A DNA stretch of 64,000 nt, from NCBI GenBank assembly GCA_028534125.1, contig CM052832.1:7938001-8002000 (forward strand), read 5' to 3'. Below are positions 1-17,090 of this stretch, piece by piece. The notes beneath the pieces are model-generated. The model worked only from the letters and a program-made list of their open reading frames with translations, had not been told where the DNA came from and made no database searches. A program made the translations under genes and the position numbers. This stretch comes from Lama glama (Eukaryota). Positions within the stretch are counted from its first letter, which is position 1; each line of letters begins with the position of its first letter.

Positions 1-182
<182 letters not shown>

Positions 183-2031
183 TCAGTAAGTTTGAGTACT
201 AGAGATACTTGCCATCAACAGAACACTTTAAAAGACTAGTTTTTCCTTCTTTGGGCAAAGACAAGGAGCTCTGGTTGACTGTTTTTGGAAGCAGGGTACA
301 ATACCTAAGCAAAATGAATTAAGAAGTCTATTAAGCCAATGCAGATCTGAAAAACCAAGTATCCATGTATTAACCACAATCATATAAACACCCTTAGCCT
401 TCACTCATAACAGCAGCTACCATTTCTCAGATATCTACTATGTGCTAGGTACCAGATTGAAAATTTTTACGTACTTTATCACCAAACACCACAGTCACCC
501 TTACAAAGCAGTCAATATTAACCTCACTTTAAAGTTGATGAAATGATGGCTCATGGAGATTAAACAACTTGTTCAAAAACACTAGTAAGTAGACAAGGAA
601 GGCTCATGCCCAGGCCAAAGGGCACGGTGCTGCCTCCTCTCCACCACGCCGTCTACACTTCGGACTTCACGATATCACAAAGGGGAAGCAGGCGTTTTTT
701 TGACACACGACCTTTTTCTCATCTGAAAGAATACCCTTGACACTGCCAGAAAATGAAACTGGAGGCACAAATCAAGTAATGATGGATCACAGACCAGTTT
801 TTGTTCACTATGAAAGAACCAGTTTAAGATGACAGAATGAGGAGGATTGAGATGGACAAGCCTGGGCTCCAATCACAGCTTTAGCATCTAAGCAACTACC
901 TGAACTTACTTAACCCCCAAGTCCTCTCTCATCTGTAAAATGGAGTAACACCTAGCATGTCTGTTACGAGGATTAAGTGATACAGTATACACAAAGAGCC
1001 TAGCCCAACACCAGACAGACTCCATGAGCACGCTGCATGAACTTTTTCCAGCCCTTTGCTTCAAAGCTCATGAGAAACTGACAACTACTTTTTGTGCTTT
1101 ATAGAATGTTTTTGATCATTCCAGTAACATCAGAAAATAAACACAGACTAAAATCAAGATGAATAACCAGCATAAGATAAATTTAAACAAAAAAAAATGG
1201 ACATCTTTTCTATAGTAGACACTTTAAAACAATACTTCTTAGGGGAAATAATGAAAAAAACCAATTTTAAATACTTCATGAAAATCTGACACTTTTTTCC
1301 TTATAATATAGTATTTCACTTTGAAACTGTACATAGTAAAAATTTACTAAATCAGCTCTTGTGCTAATTAGGAGAGAGTAAAGCTAAATTCTATTTAAAC
1401 TGTCCATACAGAATCTGCTAAGTAAATAGCTGCTTCAAATTCTTTTTGGAATAAGTAAGACTATAAATAGATAAATAAAATATAGGAGGATATGTAAACT
1501 AATGTGTAACAGTTTCAAATAATTCCAAATCACTACTAACTGATTATTAGAATCTGTCCCTTATAGAAACTCTATTAGCAACAACATGATCTTTATTTCA
1601 AGTTTCCATACAATGGAAAGTTTAGGGAAATGTATTTCCTAAATTTCACCTTCCCTGATTCAGTAAAGAGTATTTCCTTTCTTTCAACAGGTGAAAGGTT
1701 TAATCTGTAAGTATTTTTAATACAGTCTTGCTTTTTCACAGTACTCTAAATAACTGAGGTTTAAGTAGGCATTCCGCTTTATTTGGAGACAGCAGAGTTA
1801 AACACAGAAAATGGCAACTGTAGCAACTGTCAATCAGGCACACAACCAGGAAAGAAAAACACCTTGCCATCAAACCAGTGTTTACCTGAACATGGGGAAG
1901 AGGGGGCAATTAACTCTGTCCTCCTCATAACGCTTAATATGAACACTTATCTCCTAACTATGTATTTCAGTTGTTTATGACTATCAATATGGGAAAATAT
2001 GTTAACGTTTATCCATGATACACAGTATCTA

Positions 2032-2313
<282 letters not shown>

Positions 2314-2414
2314 CTAAAATTTTAAAACAAGTGCAATTATTAAACATATTACTACACATACTAATGTTATTACTAATGTTACAAGTTATTACTTGTTCTA
2401 GCATGAATTAAATA

Positions 2415-2909
2415 CAGGCACACCTCATTTTACTGTGCTTCACTTTACTGTAATTTGCAGATAGTATGTTTTTTACAAATTGAAGGTTTGTGGCAACCTT
2501 ATGTTTAGCAAGTCCATTGGCACCATTTTCCCAACAGCATTTGCTCACTTCATGTCTGTGTGTCACATGTTGGTAATTCTCACACTACTTCAAACTTTTC
2601 CATTACTTTCTATTTGTTATGGTGATCTGTGATCCATGATCTTTAATGTTACTACTGCAAAAAGATTACAATTCACTGAAGGCTCAGATAATAATGAGCA
2701 CTTTTTAGCTACAAAGACGTTTTTAATTAAAGTACTTTTTTTGAGGGGGGATATAATACTAAAGCACACTTTTAAAACTTCAGGATAGTGTCAATGTAAC
2801 TTTTACATGCACTAGGAAACCAAAAAAGCCACGTGAGTCACTTTACTGCCATATTTGCTTTATTGTGGTGGTCAGGAACCAAATCCACAAAATCTCCGAG
2901 GTATGCCTA
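2415..2909 (+). mobile_element. Internally deleted Tigger1-like (TcMar) DNA transposon
   Basis: Termini caggcacacctc...gaggtatgcct(a) form inverted repeats and are flanked by TA; the left end resembles the recalled Tigger1 start. Confidence 0.8.
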
Positions 2910-3046
2910 TAGGACTTTAACATTTTCAAAGGAAATTATTTTTTTTTCTTCAAAATTCTTATTTGTACCAGTGAAGCATTTCTGGTACTACGGGTACCAG
3001 ATCTGGTAACTACTTTATTATATTCCAGAAAGTAGATGAAATGCTA

Positions 3047-3214
<168 letters not shown>

Positions 3215-4387
3215 CTAAAAAATTATTTTTATATCCATTTTTGCAACTATACAGTATCTGACACATTTCAATAAAGCTGAAAACACTGTAGTCTATAAGA
3301 ACATGTGTGTTCAAGAGATAAAGCAGTAGAAATCTTTATTAAGTTTGTAAAAAGGCAATATAAGGCTACTGAAATTAATCAGTCTATTCATTCTCTCATT
3401 CCAGTAGAAACTAAGAGCTTCCAACATCTACTAGGAGCATTCGCTAAATTTACATCCTCCTTCTAGAAGATAATCATTCTTTTCTTGTCTAAATCAAAAT
3501 CCTAAACTTAGAGGGGACATTTCCAACCTTTCCCTTCCACCTCAAGCTACTGATTTCTAATTTAAAGAGCCAGCCAATGAATGTGTTGTTTCCTGAGTCT
3601 TAAATTATGAATAACATGGGTTAACAAATTAGAATTTCAAACCATTTCTGAGAGTAAATGTAACTCAAAATAGCTAAGACAACTAAACACAAAAAGTATT
3701 ATCATATTATTTCCCATCAAAAAGTACATTTACGTGGTTTCCCTCTAAAATACCATTTCCATTGATGCCATTCTTACTTCAATCCTAGGAAATTACTCAA
3801 TTTCTAAAACCATCTTGAAATGGACTATAGCAAGAATTCCTGAAGGAGGTCACATGATCTGTCTTAGGTCAAGATTTACCACTTTCCAGCCATGAGATCT
3901 GAGAAAGTTAACTTAATTCACCTGAGCCTGCTTCCTCATTTCTAAAATGAAGCCAATATCTAACCTATTTATTCCCCTGGTTGTTATGTGCAAATTATAA
4001 ATTAATGAACTGGAATATATATTAGCACAAGGTGTTACTAATATTATTCCACCACACTCTAAATTTCCAAATTCACATTTTTTTTATTAGTTTACACTGA
4101 CTTAAAACCATTTACTCAACCAACCCAAGATGTACTTGTTTCTAAGACTGATCAGCAACGTCTTTTCTTGGCTAGAGTGAAAGGAACGTCTATAAAGCTA
4201 CCATACGTATTTTAAAGCAGCATAATGAATTTGACAGAGGGTGTTTAAATTGTTATCTACAACAATATACATTTTAAGAATACATACCAAGATATTCTAA
4301 GTTTATTACAAATTAAATGAGTGCATATTATTAATGATGTAAGTAGTTTACTTTAGGGTAATTTTTTTTAGTACTGAAGAAACTTTA

Positions 4388-4657
<270 letters not shown>

Positions 4658-6198
4658 TTAAAAAATAATTAGCCTAATTTTAATTACAGAAAAATGATCC
4701 CTAATATCAGAGTTAAGACAAGATTTTGTTTAATTTCTATCTCCATTTCTTCCCTATATTAAGACCAGTCATAAACTTTGATTTGTGATCAATGAAGTTA
4801 CTATGGGATATTCTAACAGAAGGTTTGAGAATTACCTCTGCAGGGGCAGAAAAAAAAAGTCTTCTGGGAGTTCCACTTAAGGATTTCTGACACTGAAATT
4901 TAACAGCAAATGAAAAGAACAACTTCAAAAGTCAATTTGTCCTTGGGCTAACAAAACCTAAACTGAAAAGATGCCTGAATTTGTGTGTGTGTTTATTTTT
5001 AATGCAAATACAAGATCATACACAAGCCAAAGAAAATCGCTCATAGTTCCCAAAACCAAGTGCCTGGTACCCCAAGTTTTCCCCACTACATCCTCAGCTC
5101 ACCTTTCCGTCTCGTTCCCCACTGTTCCCCTGCACGTATGCTAGGTGGGAGAACCAGATGAGCTGCTAGATTCAAAACATGCTCCATGCTTACTCATGTC
5201 GTGGCCTCCATCTGGGACTGCCCCCTCCCTTCTCCTGAGTACGCTTCCTCAATGAAGGCTTTTCTAGTACCCACCCAACAAATGCGATTATTTCTTTCTT
5301 TGGCCGCCCTAAGCATGTTGGTTTTACTCAAAGGGCTTATTTTGTTCTTATACTACAATTATTTTTGGACTTGGTTTAACTGCCCATCTCTCCAGAGCAT
5401 CAACTTCTTTAAGACAAAGGACATGTTTACTCAACTTTAGATCCCCTGAAGTGTCCAGATTTGTGCTCTGCACATATTAGGTTCTTTATTTGTTTAATTC
5501 TTCTATAGCCATTCAGAGTTGGCATTAGTTGATATCAATTAGGGTATTAAAAAAATTCTCAACCAACCAAATCTATACATGAAGTTAGAATTAATTTGTA
5601 AACTGGAAAGAGATCATCACTGGAACTCATTTTTTTTTTAAATCTCACAACAATCTTCCGTGGCTTAAGGTAAGGCAGCCCAACAGTGACATAATAAAAG
5701 CAGTAACAAGAGCAGAAACAAAACTATAACTTTTTAAACTAATTTTCTACATCATCTTGCAAAATACACAAAAGAAAACTTCACTAAGGTGAACAAGTAA
5801 CATCAAATTAACGTGGCTTTGAGATCTAGACTGTCTTTCTGAAAGCATAAAGCAAGCAGAGGAATCAAGCTCAAAATCTACTTTATGAGGCACTGGAAAC
5901 TCAAAACTAATTTTACAGAAATAGGAAAGAATAAGTAAATCTATCATTCAAGAAGTATTAATTAGTAAATGATAAAAATTGAAATCACAAAAGATATATG
6001 GAGCATTATCAGCAAAATCAATATTCAAAAACATATTAAGAATAAGAAAAAGCAGGCTTTTAAGACCAAAAAGTCCCCCTTCTCAAGTCCTACAAATCAT
6101 TTTCCTTTTCTGGTGTCCATAGGTGTTTAGAATCTTAGGGTATATGCAATATTCAGTAACAAGGAGAAAAATTTTAATTTGGTACCCATGAGATACTA

Positions 6199-6462
<264 letters not shown>

Positions 6463-8048
6463 TCAAATGTTTTTCACATAAAATATGTTACAAGGAAAGC
6501 AAAAAAGAAATTTTCCAGAAATTCTGACTTCCTACGTGGTTTAAAGTTAGACCTCTAGGTTAAAATAAAAATTTAGTTCTACTAACTTGGTATTTACATG
6601 TACTATTTTTATTTTAATGACTTCAAATAAAGTCATTACATCTGACATTTTCTTGCCTTATTAACTAGGTCCATCAAACATTTTTTAACTTTCTCCTGAC
6701 ACATCAGGGTGGCTAAGAATACACAGTGGGGAGAGGGTGGCCACCACACTAAAGACCCCAAATGACTTTGAGTTCAGTGTCTTCAACTTCTCATTTGTCT
6801 CCTCCCTCCCTACAGCTGCTGGTTATTCCACCATCATCAAAGGCATACATACTTTTAAGTAGTTCCTCCGTTTTGTTTGGAAATCAATACCAGGCTTTTA
6901 GAATCACATCTAAATATGAATAGTTCTAAGTAAGAGCTAATAAATTCTCCTAGGAATAAAATCCATAGACTTTGCACCTTATATTTTAATTGTTCAAAGC
7001 TTTTTTTTTTTTTTTTTTTTGGTTGCTTACTTCCTGTATCCTGGCTGTGTTCCAGACAGGTGGTGCTGCCAGACAGCTGTCCCCAGAAGTGAGGTGAAGT
7101 GTTACCATATAAGACATGACCCCTGCCTGCAAGGAGCTTACAATCTAGTTAAGAAACAAGATATACACAGGAAAAGAAGGATTAGGCTCTCTTTCAAGCC
7201 TAATGAAAGTGCTAAATGTTATGTAAGGTTTTGGCTGCCAGTGTCTCTCAATCCTGCTGTCACGTATGGCTGTAACAGTCTGAGATGCTTCCCGTATGCT
7301 TAACAACCAGGAGGAGCACATAGCCTAACATTTAAAATGAAAAGTAAAGTCCAAGTATTTCCAACCTTAATAGCTCAAATTCCATTTTAATACGAATTGC
7401 CTCTGTAATGTCTGTATCTTAAAAATTCTTCTTTAAAACCAGTAGCTTAAAACAAAAGAAATATAACCAAATACTGAACTCCGACTCTAGTTAACGATAT
7501 GCATGAGGAAATGTTTAGGGTAAAATGGACTGATATCTGTAACTTACACAGAAATGCATTAAAAAATAAGATGGATTGATGATGGATGGATATGTGATAA
7601 AGCAAACATAGTAAAGTATTAACCACTATAGAATCAGGTGGTGGGTACATGGATATTTGCTTTACCATTCTTTCAACCTCTCTGAACGTTAGAAATTTTC
7701 ACAATAAGATGTTGGGGGAAAGGCAATAGTAATACGTGCATAAAAAGTATTACAAATTCTATACAATTTATCAAATCATCATTGACAGTGGATTGATTTG
7801 CTCTTTTATTATACAAGATTAAAACTATTCAGAAACAAGGTGATAACATCAGAAACTCTGAAAAAAGAAGGAAGTGCCACTTGGTATCCAGCCATTTCCT
7901 GGATACTATAATGTTACTTGCTACTATGAGTGAGGAGAAATAAAAAGGCAAGTTAAACACTTATTTCCATTCCGTCAACATTACTAAAGCAAATATGTTG
8001 TCCAAGTACTCAGATTCAAGTTTTTCTAAAGTAAAAAACATCTGTTTA

Positions 8049-8237
<189 letters not shown>

Positions 8238-8807
8238 TCAACAGTTTAGATAGGACAGCAAACACCTCTCCTCTGGTCCTACTACACAAACCCTGAAGCA
8301 GGCAGAATTCTTATATATTTTCTCAATGAAAACCAAAAGAGAAAATGAACACTGGGCCATGGCAGAATTCAGTAATTCCACTCCTTCTGCCAACCTAACA
8401 TTAGCATGTCAGAAGTTTTAGAATAAAGTTTTGTAGTCAAGAAATGCTTCGGTGGCCTCATATATGAAATTTCTTTTACCCAAAAGCTTTTCCTATTACC
8501 CGTGCCAAGCCTCTTTACAATCAAAAAGAAGTAAGAATGCAAATTCCCCCACGTGAGCTTAGGCTAAATGTCAGAACACCTAGGTTTTAGGCTTTATCAC
8601 TAATCTTTATCCAATCTTCATTAGTTTCTCTGAGTCTCAGTTTCTTCTACTGGGAAGTTAAGATACTACTAACTCACCTATCCACTTTACAAGAAAACTC
8701 ATGAGGGCAGACTCCTTTCTGAAGTCTAGCCTTTAGTCCCCCCGCTATAACCCTGTACTCATTACTACCAATGCACCCACAAGTCTCCTAACTCCTAGTG
8801 CAGGGCC

Positions 8808-9367
8808 TGTGGCAGGCTCTATTTTCCAGGCACAACCACATCTCTCATCTCACATGCTCATCTTACAATCCAACCTTGATACTCGTCCAATCAAGAAGTG
8901 GGGTCTGTGTCCCCTCCTCTTGAATGCAGGTGGGCTTGTGACTCCCCTGCAACTAACAGAATAAGCAAAAGGGACAGTGCTTCACTTACAAGGCAAGGTT
9001 AGGAAAACTACAGCTTCCCACCACACTCACTACAGCACTAACATTGGAGCCTTGAGACACCGTGGGGGAAGTTCAACTATTCTGAGGCCACCATGCTGTG
9101 AGAAAGCCCAAGCACATGGAGCTGCCACATGCAGATTCACTCCACATTCCCAGGTGAGGACCCAACTCACAGCCAGCATCAAACACCAGACATTCCAGAT
9201 GATTCCAGCCCCTATCCATCAAGTTATCCCTAAATGCTGAGTCTTCCTGGCTGAGGCCCTAGACATCACAGAGCAGAGACAAGCAGTTCCTTCCATGCCC
9301 TGTCCAAATTTCTAACCAACAGAAACCATGAACACGAGAAAATGTATTAAGCCACTAAGTCTGGGGG
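8808..9367 (+). mobile_element. MaLR (MLT1-like) solo LTR
   Basis: Starts tgtggcagg and carries MLT1-type motifs (gaggccaccatgctgtgagaaagcccaag, aagccactaagt). Subfamily not resolved. Confidence 0.65.
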
Positions 9368-11822
9368 CAAAATGAAGGAAAGAGGAGCAGGCTTATTCCC
9401 CTATTCTGTATGTCTTTATTCACGGAAAGAACCTTGGCTTTCACATTATCAAAGTTTCGTGTGTGTGTACTCTTTTTGCTATTCCAAATACAAAGCATTT
9501 TTCCCCAACTAAGCTCCCAAAAGGCTGGCCAGCTTCAAACCTCCAGGCAAGAGATCAGAAGCCACTTCTCTGGGGAGTCTGACTAACCCAAGAGAAAAGA
9601 TCTAGACATATTAACATCAAGAATTCCACAATGATAAATAAGTTACAAGGATGTAATGTACAGCACAGGGAATATAGCCAATATTTCATAAAAAGTTTTT
9701 ATGGAGCATAATCTATAAAAATATCAAGTCACTATGTTTACACCTAAAACTAATATTGTAAGTCAAGTATACTTAAATAAATTTTTTTAATAATTTTTTT
9801 AAATTCCTCAATCAAACATCCCACCCAGTTCAGCCTACAGGGAAGCCTGGAGTCAAGGAGTCCCACCCACACCCAAGAAGCTTCCAGGCAGCTTTTAATT
9901 GCCCCACCCATACCCTCTAAACATAAGCAGAGAGCAAAATCAAGAGACATTTGAGGAAATATCAAATATGAAAAATAGAAAACAAAACAAAACAAAGACT
10001 ATGCAGGGAAAAGAAAATTTATAAAAACAAAGTAAAACCATCATTAATAGCCTCAGAGGAATAAGAAGATTGTCATTAAATGAAATGTTTAAAAACTGAA
10101 CACATTTAAACAAGAGCTCTTAGAAATTAAAAATTTAAAAACTGAATAAAGATAAAATTCAGAAAATCTCCTGTCAATAAATCAGAAAGTCAACTAAGAC
10201 AGAAAACCAGAGAGGAATAAGTAACAAAATAAATCAATGCAAGTGAGGAGGAAATTTTTTTTAATTTTCAAAATCATTTCCCAGAATTGAAGGTTGTGAG
10301 TCTGCAGAATGAAAAGATCCACCAAGTACCTAGCACAGTGTTAAAAACAGACCCACACCAAGAAACACCCATTTAAAAAAGAGAAGACCATATAAACATA
10401 GCTTCAAGAGAAAGAAAAAAACAGGTTTCCTATCTATTAACAACCTGAACGGCATAGAAGATCTTAACAGCAAAAACAGAAGCCAGAAGACACTGGAGCA
10501 CTGCCTTCAAAACCATAAACAAAAATCATTTCAATCTGGAATTCTATACCCAGTTGTACTATCAATCAAATAAGAAGATAGAATGCAAGGTCTTAAAAAC
10601 TCAGCTCCCATGAACCCTTCCTCAGAAAGATACACTTCATTCCTCTTTCCAGGAAAGAGGAGACCCAAGGGACTTCCTAGGGTGACAGTGAAGGGAAAGC
10701 AAGAGAGCAAGCTATAAACAAGATCTAAACAGTAATCAGTCCAGACTAGAACATTCAGAAGCTCTGGAAAAGACTTCAAGTGTTGAAAAAGATGAAAACA
10801 CCTAAAACTTGACCAGATGACAGGAGATTTACACAGTTAGTAAAGTCTGAACTGAACTGAACTAGAACTGACTTTGTAATCAGAAAATTAAGGAATTAAA
10901 TAAAATAAGAATTAATTCAAAGAAAAATAAAATACTGTGCAGTAGAGTCGATGTAAGACATTTTCTGGGTCAGCACTGAATATGGTTTATATAATGTTAA
11001 GGTAAACCATAAATCTGGAGAAAAATTATGATTTACTATAATGGAAGATGGAGGAATGGAAAGAGTGTGCATCCATGGTAGAGGCAGAGGGTGTGAGAGA
11101 GCCAAATGTTCAAATGCTAGGTAGAAAACTGCCTAAAACTGAAAACATAACCAACATGTAGCAAGTGTCTTAGCAGTAAAACAAAGGTAAGGTAAAAACA
11201 AAGAGCAGTAACTGATACCTCTAGAAAGCAAACCATGGGGGGCACAACTGTTTCTCTTACTAAGCCTTCCTATCACAACTATTTGACTCCTGAATCAAGA
11301 CCTTAAAATTGTATTTGACTATGAGAGATGAGGAAATGCGATGTAAGGGTGCTGAAAGACTCACTAGTGTTTTGTTAGGTTTGTCTATCCTCTGGCACAC
11401 AGACACCCTAAGAACACACAGTGCTGTATACACCATGTGTTAGAGAGAGGGAAACAGTACTGAAGACAGTCTATGCCAAGCTAAGTACAGAGATGCAAGT
11501 TTTAAAAATTACTGACTACATACATCTGATTTCTTTCCAGGATTGCTAGGCAATGTGAAAATTTTAAATGCTATGCTTTATTAACAGGTACTAAATACTA
11601 ATGAAGGAAGAAGGGCTTGCTTCAAGATAAACCTATGAATTAATAAATGCAGAAATGAAATCACCCTACCTAATCTTTGAATCTGATTTAGCTTCCCTAC
11701 TACAGAAATCGCAAGCAGCTATGCTACTCAGTTTCAAACTGTTAAGTATAAAAGAAACAAAACCAAACCACTCAGTGTTCTCTGTAACACTTGTAAGGAC
11801 AATAAACAAAGTGAAATGCTCA

Positions 11823-12032
<210 letters not shown>

Positions 12033-13158
12033 CTAAAGACACAGTCATCATAGTAGCAATATTTTAACCAGGAATAACACACTTAAAACTTTCACATTCC
12101 AGAAAGATGAATTGCTGAAGCTGTGTGATGAGCACACAGGGATTCATTGTACTACTCTCTTTACTTTTGGGGGGCTTGAAAATTTCCATAATGAAGTTTT
12201 TAAAAGTCTTTCCTATACAATGCGTGGGGAAAATTCCGTATGTGATATAGTATATCAAGGTGCAAAGTCTTATGTTTCCATACTGAAATTCTTTCAAACC
12301 AACATATTAATAAACCAAGAACAAAACATTAGTATTTTTACAAAACCATTTATCAACTGGGGGGAGAGGACTAAAAACCAATTAAAATATCAGAGTCCAC
12401 TGAGCCACAAAATCCCTAAGAAAATCAAAAGGTGTTATCTCAGTAATTTTACCAGAATAAATTTCCTAAGAACTTAAAAAAAAAAATTACAAGCAAAATC
12501 TCAATTTTAGAAATATCACTACAAGGAATGACAGCATCTGACAAAAGTATTGTATGTTTATGCCCAAGAATTTTGTGTTCATGCAACCAGTGCACTCTCT
12601 TGGGGAAAGAAGCTATTCAGGTCTCCTAAATCTGCCTCTCTGATTCCATTCAACTGTCCAATTCTACAGTGCTGCACTAGTCAAAATAAAACAAGAGCTT
12701 ATTTAAAATCCCCATGTTTCTGACCAACCATAATTCAGTCAAAGAAACAGAGCCCACGACAAGCTGAATGAATTATCTCTTCTCCACAACTCCCACAGTG
12801 CTCTTCACAGCTATTATCCCAAAAAGACAAGTACAACTCAACAAAACATCCCATAAAAGAAAGCCGCCTAAAGTCCACAAAGGTGATAAAGTCCACTTTT
12901 ATCAGCTACAAAAAAAGAGGCCTGAAGTCCTAACCTGCTGACAATCACATACCAAACCATCAGATGAGCAGTTTAAGGCCTGATATACTAAATTATAGAG
13001 AACTTATTCCTTATTTATCATACTATCTCACAATGACTTATTTTTATGTGGCTCATCTATTAAGTTGTGAATTTCTTAGTGGTACCGAGCACCTAGGCCC
13101 ACAAACATCTGAATAAACGGTAAGCAGATGAGTTCACACAATGAGAAACCTGCTTTTA

Positions 13159-13350
<192 letters not shown>

Positions 13351-14701
13351 TTACATACAGACAATAACATTAAAAGCCATATACACAGTCAAATGCTCTG
13401 AACAAAAGAATCCCATTCCTAAGAAAAGTACTAATAAAAAGACAAAAACTATATACACTAAGTTGTTCCCTACACCATTACCTACCTAATATATTGAAAA
13501 GGAATGCAGACTTAGAACAGCAATAGAATTACTAAGAATATACTAAGTAATTTAAGTACTAAATATTCAAACTATGTAACTATAGAGACTATGATAAGCA
13601 AAATGTTACATAATGTGAAAAAAACATAAAACTTTTCCTATATTATGATTATGTTCTAATAAAAATATGTATGTGCACACAGGAAAATGATCAAGCATAC
13701 AAAAAGGAAAACAATTAAATGAAGGGGACAGAATTAAAATATTATGAATTTTTAAATTTTCCTTTAAAATTGTTCTCAGTTGTTTGATTTTTTTAATTCA
13801 TAAATTTTTTTTAAAGGATACTTAAGTCCTGACAAATGATACCAGAGAGTTGTTAGGGTCTAAAGCCAGGCTCAAGGCCATCTTTTAAAGCTCCAGGAAT
13901 GCCTTCTCCCCTTTCCATGTCCTCCTCTTCCACCATCTAGTCTACTCCTTCCCAAATGATTATTTTCTTCTCCAATCTCTTTACTTGTAGAGAATACCTA
14001 AAGCAAGGTCCTAATTTGAAAAATAAACACAATGGAGTATACCCAAGAAAATCCTGTTTCACAGCAGCTGACATCTGCTGTTTACTAACAATTCATGTCA
14101 AGAGAAATGGAAGGCCACTCAGGGAGCAGAAAACTAAGTCTTTGACAATCATAAAAGACTGTCACAACATTCATATCTAAGAATCAAAGAAACTCTAAAA
14201 GTCCCTAGAAATGAGCAAAATCCTCTGCATCCTAAGACATTTTACAAATATACCTACTTATCCCCATTAAGTGAAAAGATTTAAGAATGCATTGGTAATT
14301 TTTTTCATTTTAATTTCATTTTAAGAAAAATGAGAGAAAATTTTCACTAGGAAAAAACAAGAAGCAACAGACCAGATTTTGATGGATTCCTTCGGGCCAT
14401 CAGTAAAATAACTCACCTGGTCACAAATGGACATAAATGTTAAGACTGTGACTCAGTGAGTAGAGAGTTCACTAACAGCCAAGTGCTGACATTTCAAGAG
14501 ATGCAAACAGCATTCTGTGCTAAAAACATTACAGCCAGGTCACTGATTTTCTCAGAAAGGTGACTCCATTAAATAAATAAAAGCACTACATAGGCCACAT
14601 TGTGCTAAATGATAAAAATCTAGGTCTTATATGGATAATACTTGGAATTTAATAAAGTTCCTACTATACTTTTCCATTTAAATAATCAGAAAGTCAACTT
14701 A

Positions 14702-14980
<279 letters not shown>

Positions 14981-15259
14981 TCATCCAAGAGTTAAGGAAA
15001 CTATCTGACCATTTGGGGAAGAAATATTTATTTAAATCCTCACCTCACACCATTCACCAAAATCAATTCCAACTTTGATTTAAAGGTACACACATAAAAT
15101 AGAGCAAAGAGAAAACCAGAAGGAACTGTAAGTAAATATGTATCCTTTCTCTGGATGGAATACACTTATTTAATAAAAATTAAATAAAGAGCAAAGAAAA
15201 AGATCAACAGTTAAAAAAAAAAGTCTCTGGAAAGGATCCTAACAAGATATAGCTAATAA

Positions 15260-17090
15260 AGAAACATTTATTCCAGAAAATCTAATAAAATTCGGTAAGA
15301 AAAGTGAGAGCCTGTGGTAACTGAATCAAGACCAACTTCCTCTTCCCTTCCCGCCCCCTCCAGCTCAGGGAGACAGAAACCTCCACTCCAAGAACATAGG
15401 GCTCTCTCCCCACTTCAGCTCCCTGGCTTTCATTCCAGGAGGGGCAGGACATTAGCATCTCTCATCCTACCTCCAGGCAGGCACTGCAGAGGTCAAGTTC
15501 AGTAACAGTGACTGAGAAGTAGGGGCTTCCGGATTCTTCTGCCCAGAGGCTCTACATTGGGCACATGCTGCTGACAATGCTGGAGCCAACAGTCCTTGCC
15601 TGGGCTTGTAGGAGGAGGGTTCCGTGATAGAAGACACAAGCCAAGGAGACCCACTCCCCACCTCCAGCACTCAGCTCCTAAAGTGGGGGTGTCACTCAGA
15701 GATAAGCACATCAAAGCCCATAAGTAGTACTGAGAATTCCAAGCTCCCCAAAGAAATGACTTAATTTGCAACGGGGTATGGAGACGTTCAGGCTCAGGGC
15801 ACTCTTAAAAACAGTGGAAGTTGTGCTGAGGCAACTGCGAAGAAACTGATAGATTCATTTGAGATACAGGCTAAACTGCAGGCCCACTAGTTTGCGAGTA
15901 TCAATCTCTTTCAAAAAGTAGAAGCATTCCTGGGGTGAAAACAAATATCAAACACTGACCACAGAAACTATCCCTTCAAAGGAGCCAAAGTCTGATTGGA
16001 TCAGTTTGTGGAACAGTTAATATTTACACCCAAGACATTGCTGAAAACAATACAGCAATAAGCTGTCAATTAGTCAAATTTAACAACTGGGTATACCCAG
16101 CAGAAAAGATGTCACAAACTCCTGTTAAAACTACATCACCCCAAGATGACTGTGGGCACACCCAAGACTGCGCCCCCATGAGGAGCAACCCCAGAGGCTT
16201 CACATTTCTGGAGGAGGGAAGAGAACAGACTTCAATAAAATAATCCAGCCTGTCACTAACAAGTAAACAAGCAAGTAACAATAACAAGGAGGGAACGGGG
16301 GAAACACAGTGCCCAGAACTGCTACGGTATATCATCCAAAGTGTTCAGTTTCCAACAAAAAAAGGTGAGACATACAAAGAAACAGGAAAGCATGACCCAC
16401 ACATCAGAAAATAAGCAGGAAACAGAAACTGCCTGTGAGAGGAACCAGATGTCAGATTTAACAGACAGACTTCAAAGGAGACATTATAAATATGTTCAAA
16501 AAAACAAAAGGAAACCATGATTAAAGAAGGAAGATATAATGAAAATGTTGCATCAAATACAGAAAATCAATGAAGAGAAATGCTTACAAAGAACCAACCA
16601 GAAATTCTGGAGTTGAAAAGTATAAAGCTAAAATGAAACTTCACTAGAGGGGTTCAACAACAGATCTGAAGTGACAGAAGAATTAGCAAACTTGAAGACA
16701 GATGGATAAAGATTATGCAATCCAAAGAAAAGGGAAAAAAATGAAGAAATATGAACAGAGTCTCACAGAAATGTAAAACACCATTAAATGCACCAACAAA
16801 TATATGCACAATAGGAATACCAAAAGGAAAGGAAAGAAAAAAAGGAGAATAAAATATTAGAAGAAATAATGGCTGAAAGTTTCCCAAATTTATTCAAAGC
16901 CATTAACCTACACATCAAGGAAGCTCAACGAACTGCAAGTAAGGTGAACATTAAAAAATTCACGAAAAGAAATATACGAAAAATGTTGAAAGCCAAAAAT
17001 AAGGAGAAAATCTTAAAAACAGTGAGAGAAAATGATTCATCACTTACAAGGGAACCCCAGTAAGATTAACAGTTAACGTCTCATCAAAAT
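15260..17090 (+). mobile_element. Old L1 5' region with decayed ORF1, antisense within CDC5L intron 5
   Basis: ORF 16869..17063 (MAESFPNL...HIKEAQRT...KEKILK) resembles L1 ORF1p; the upstream part is GC-richer and 5' UTR-like. Confidence 0.75.
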
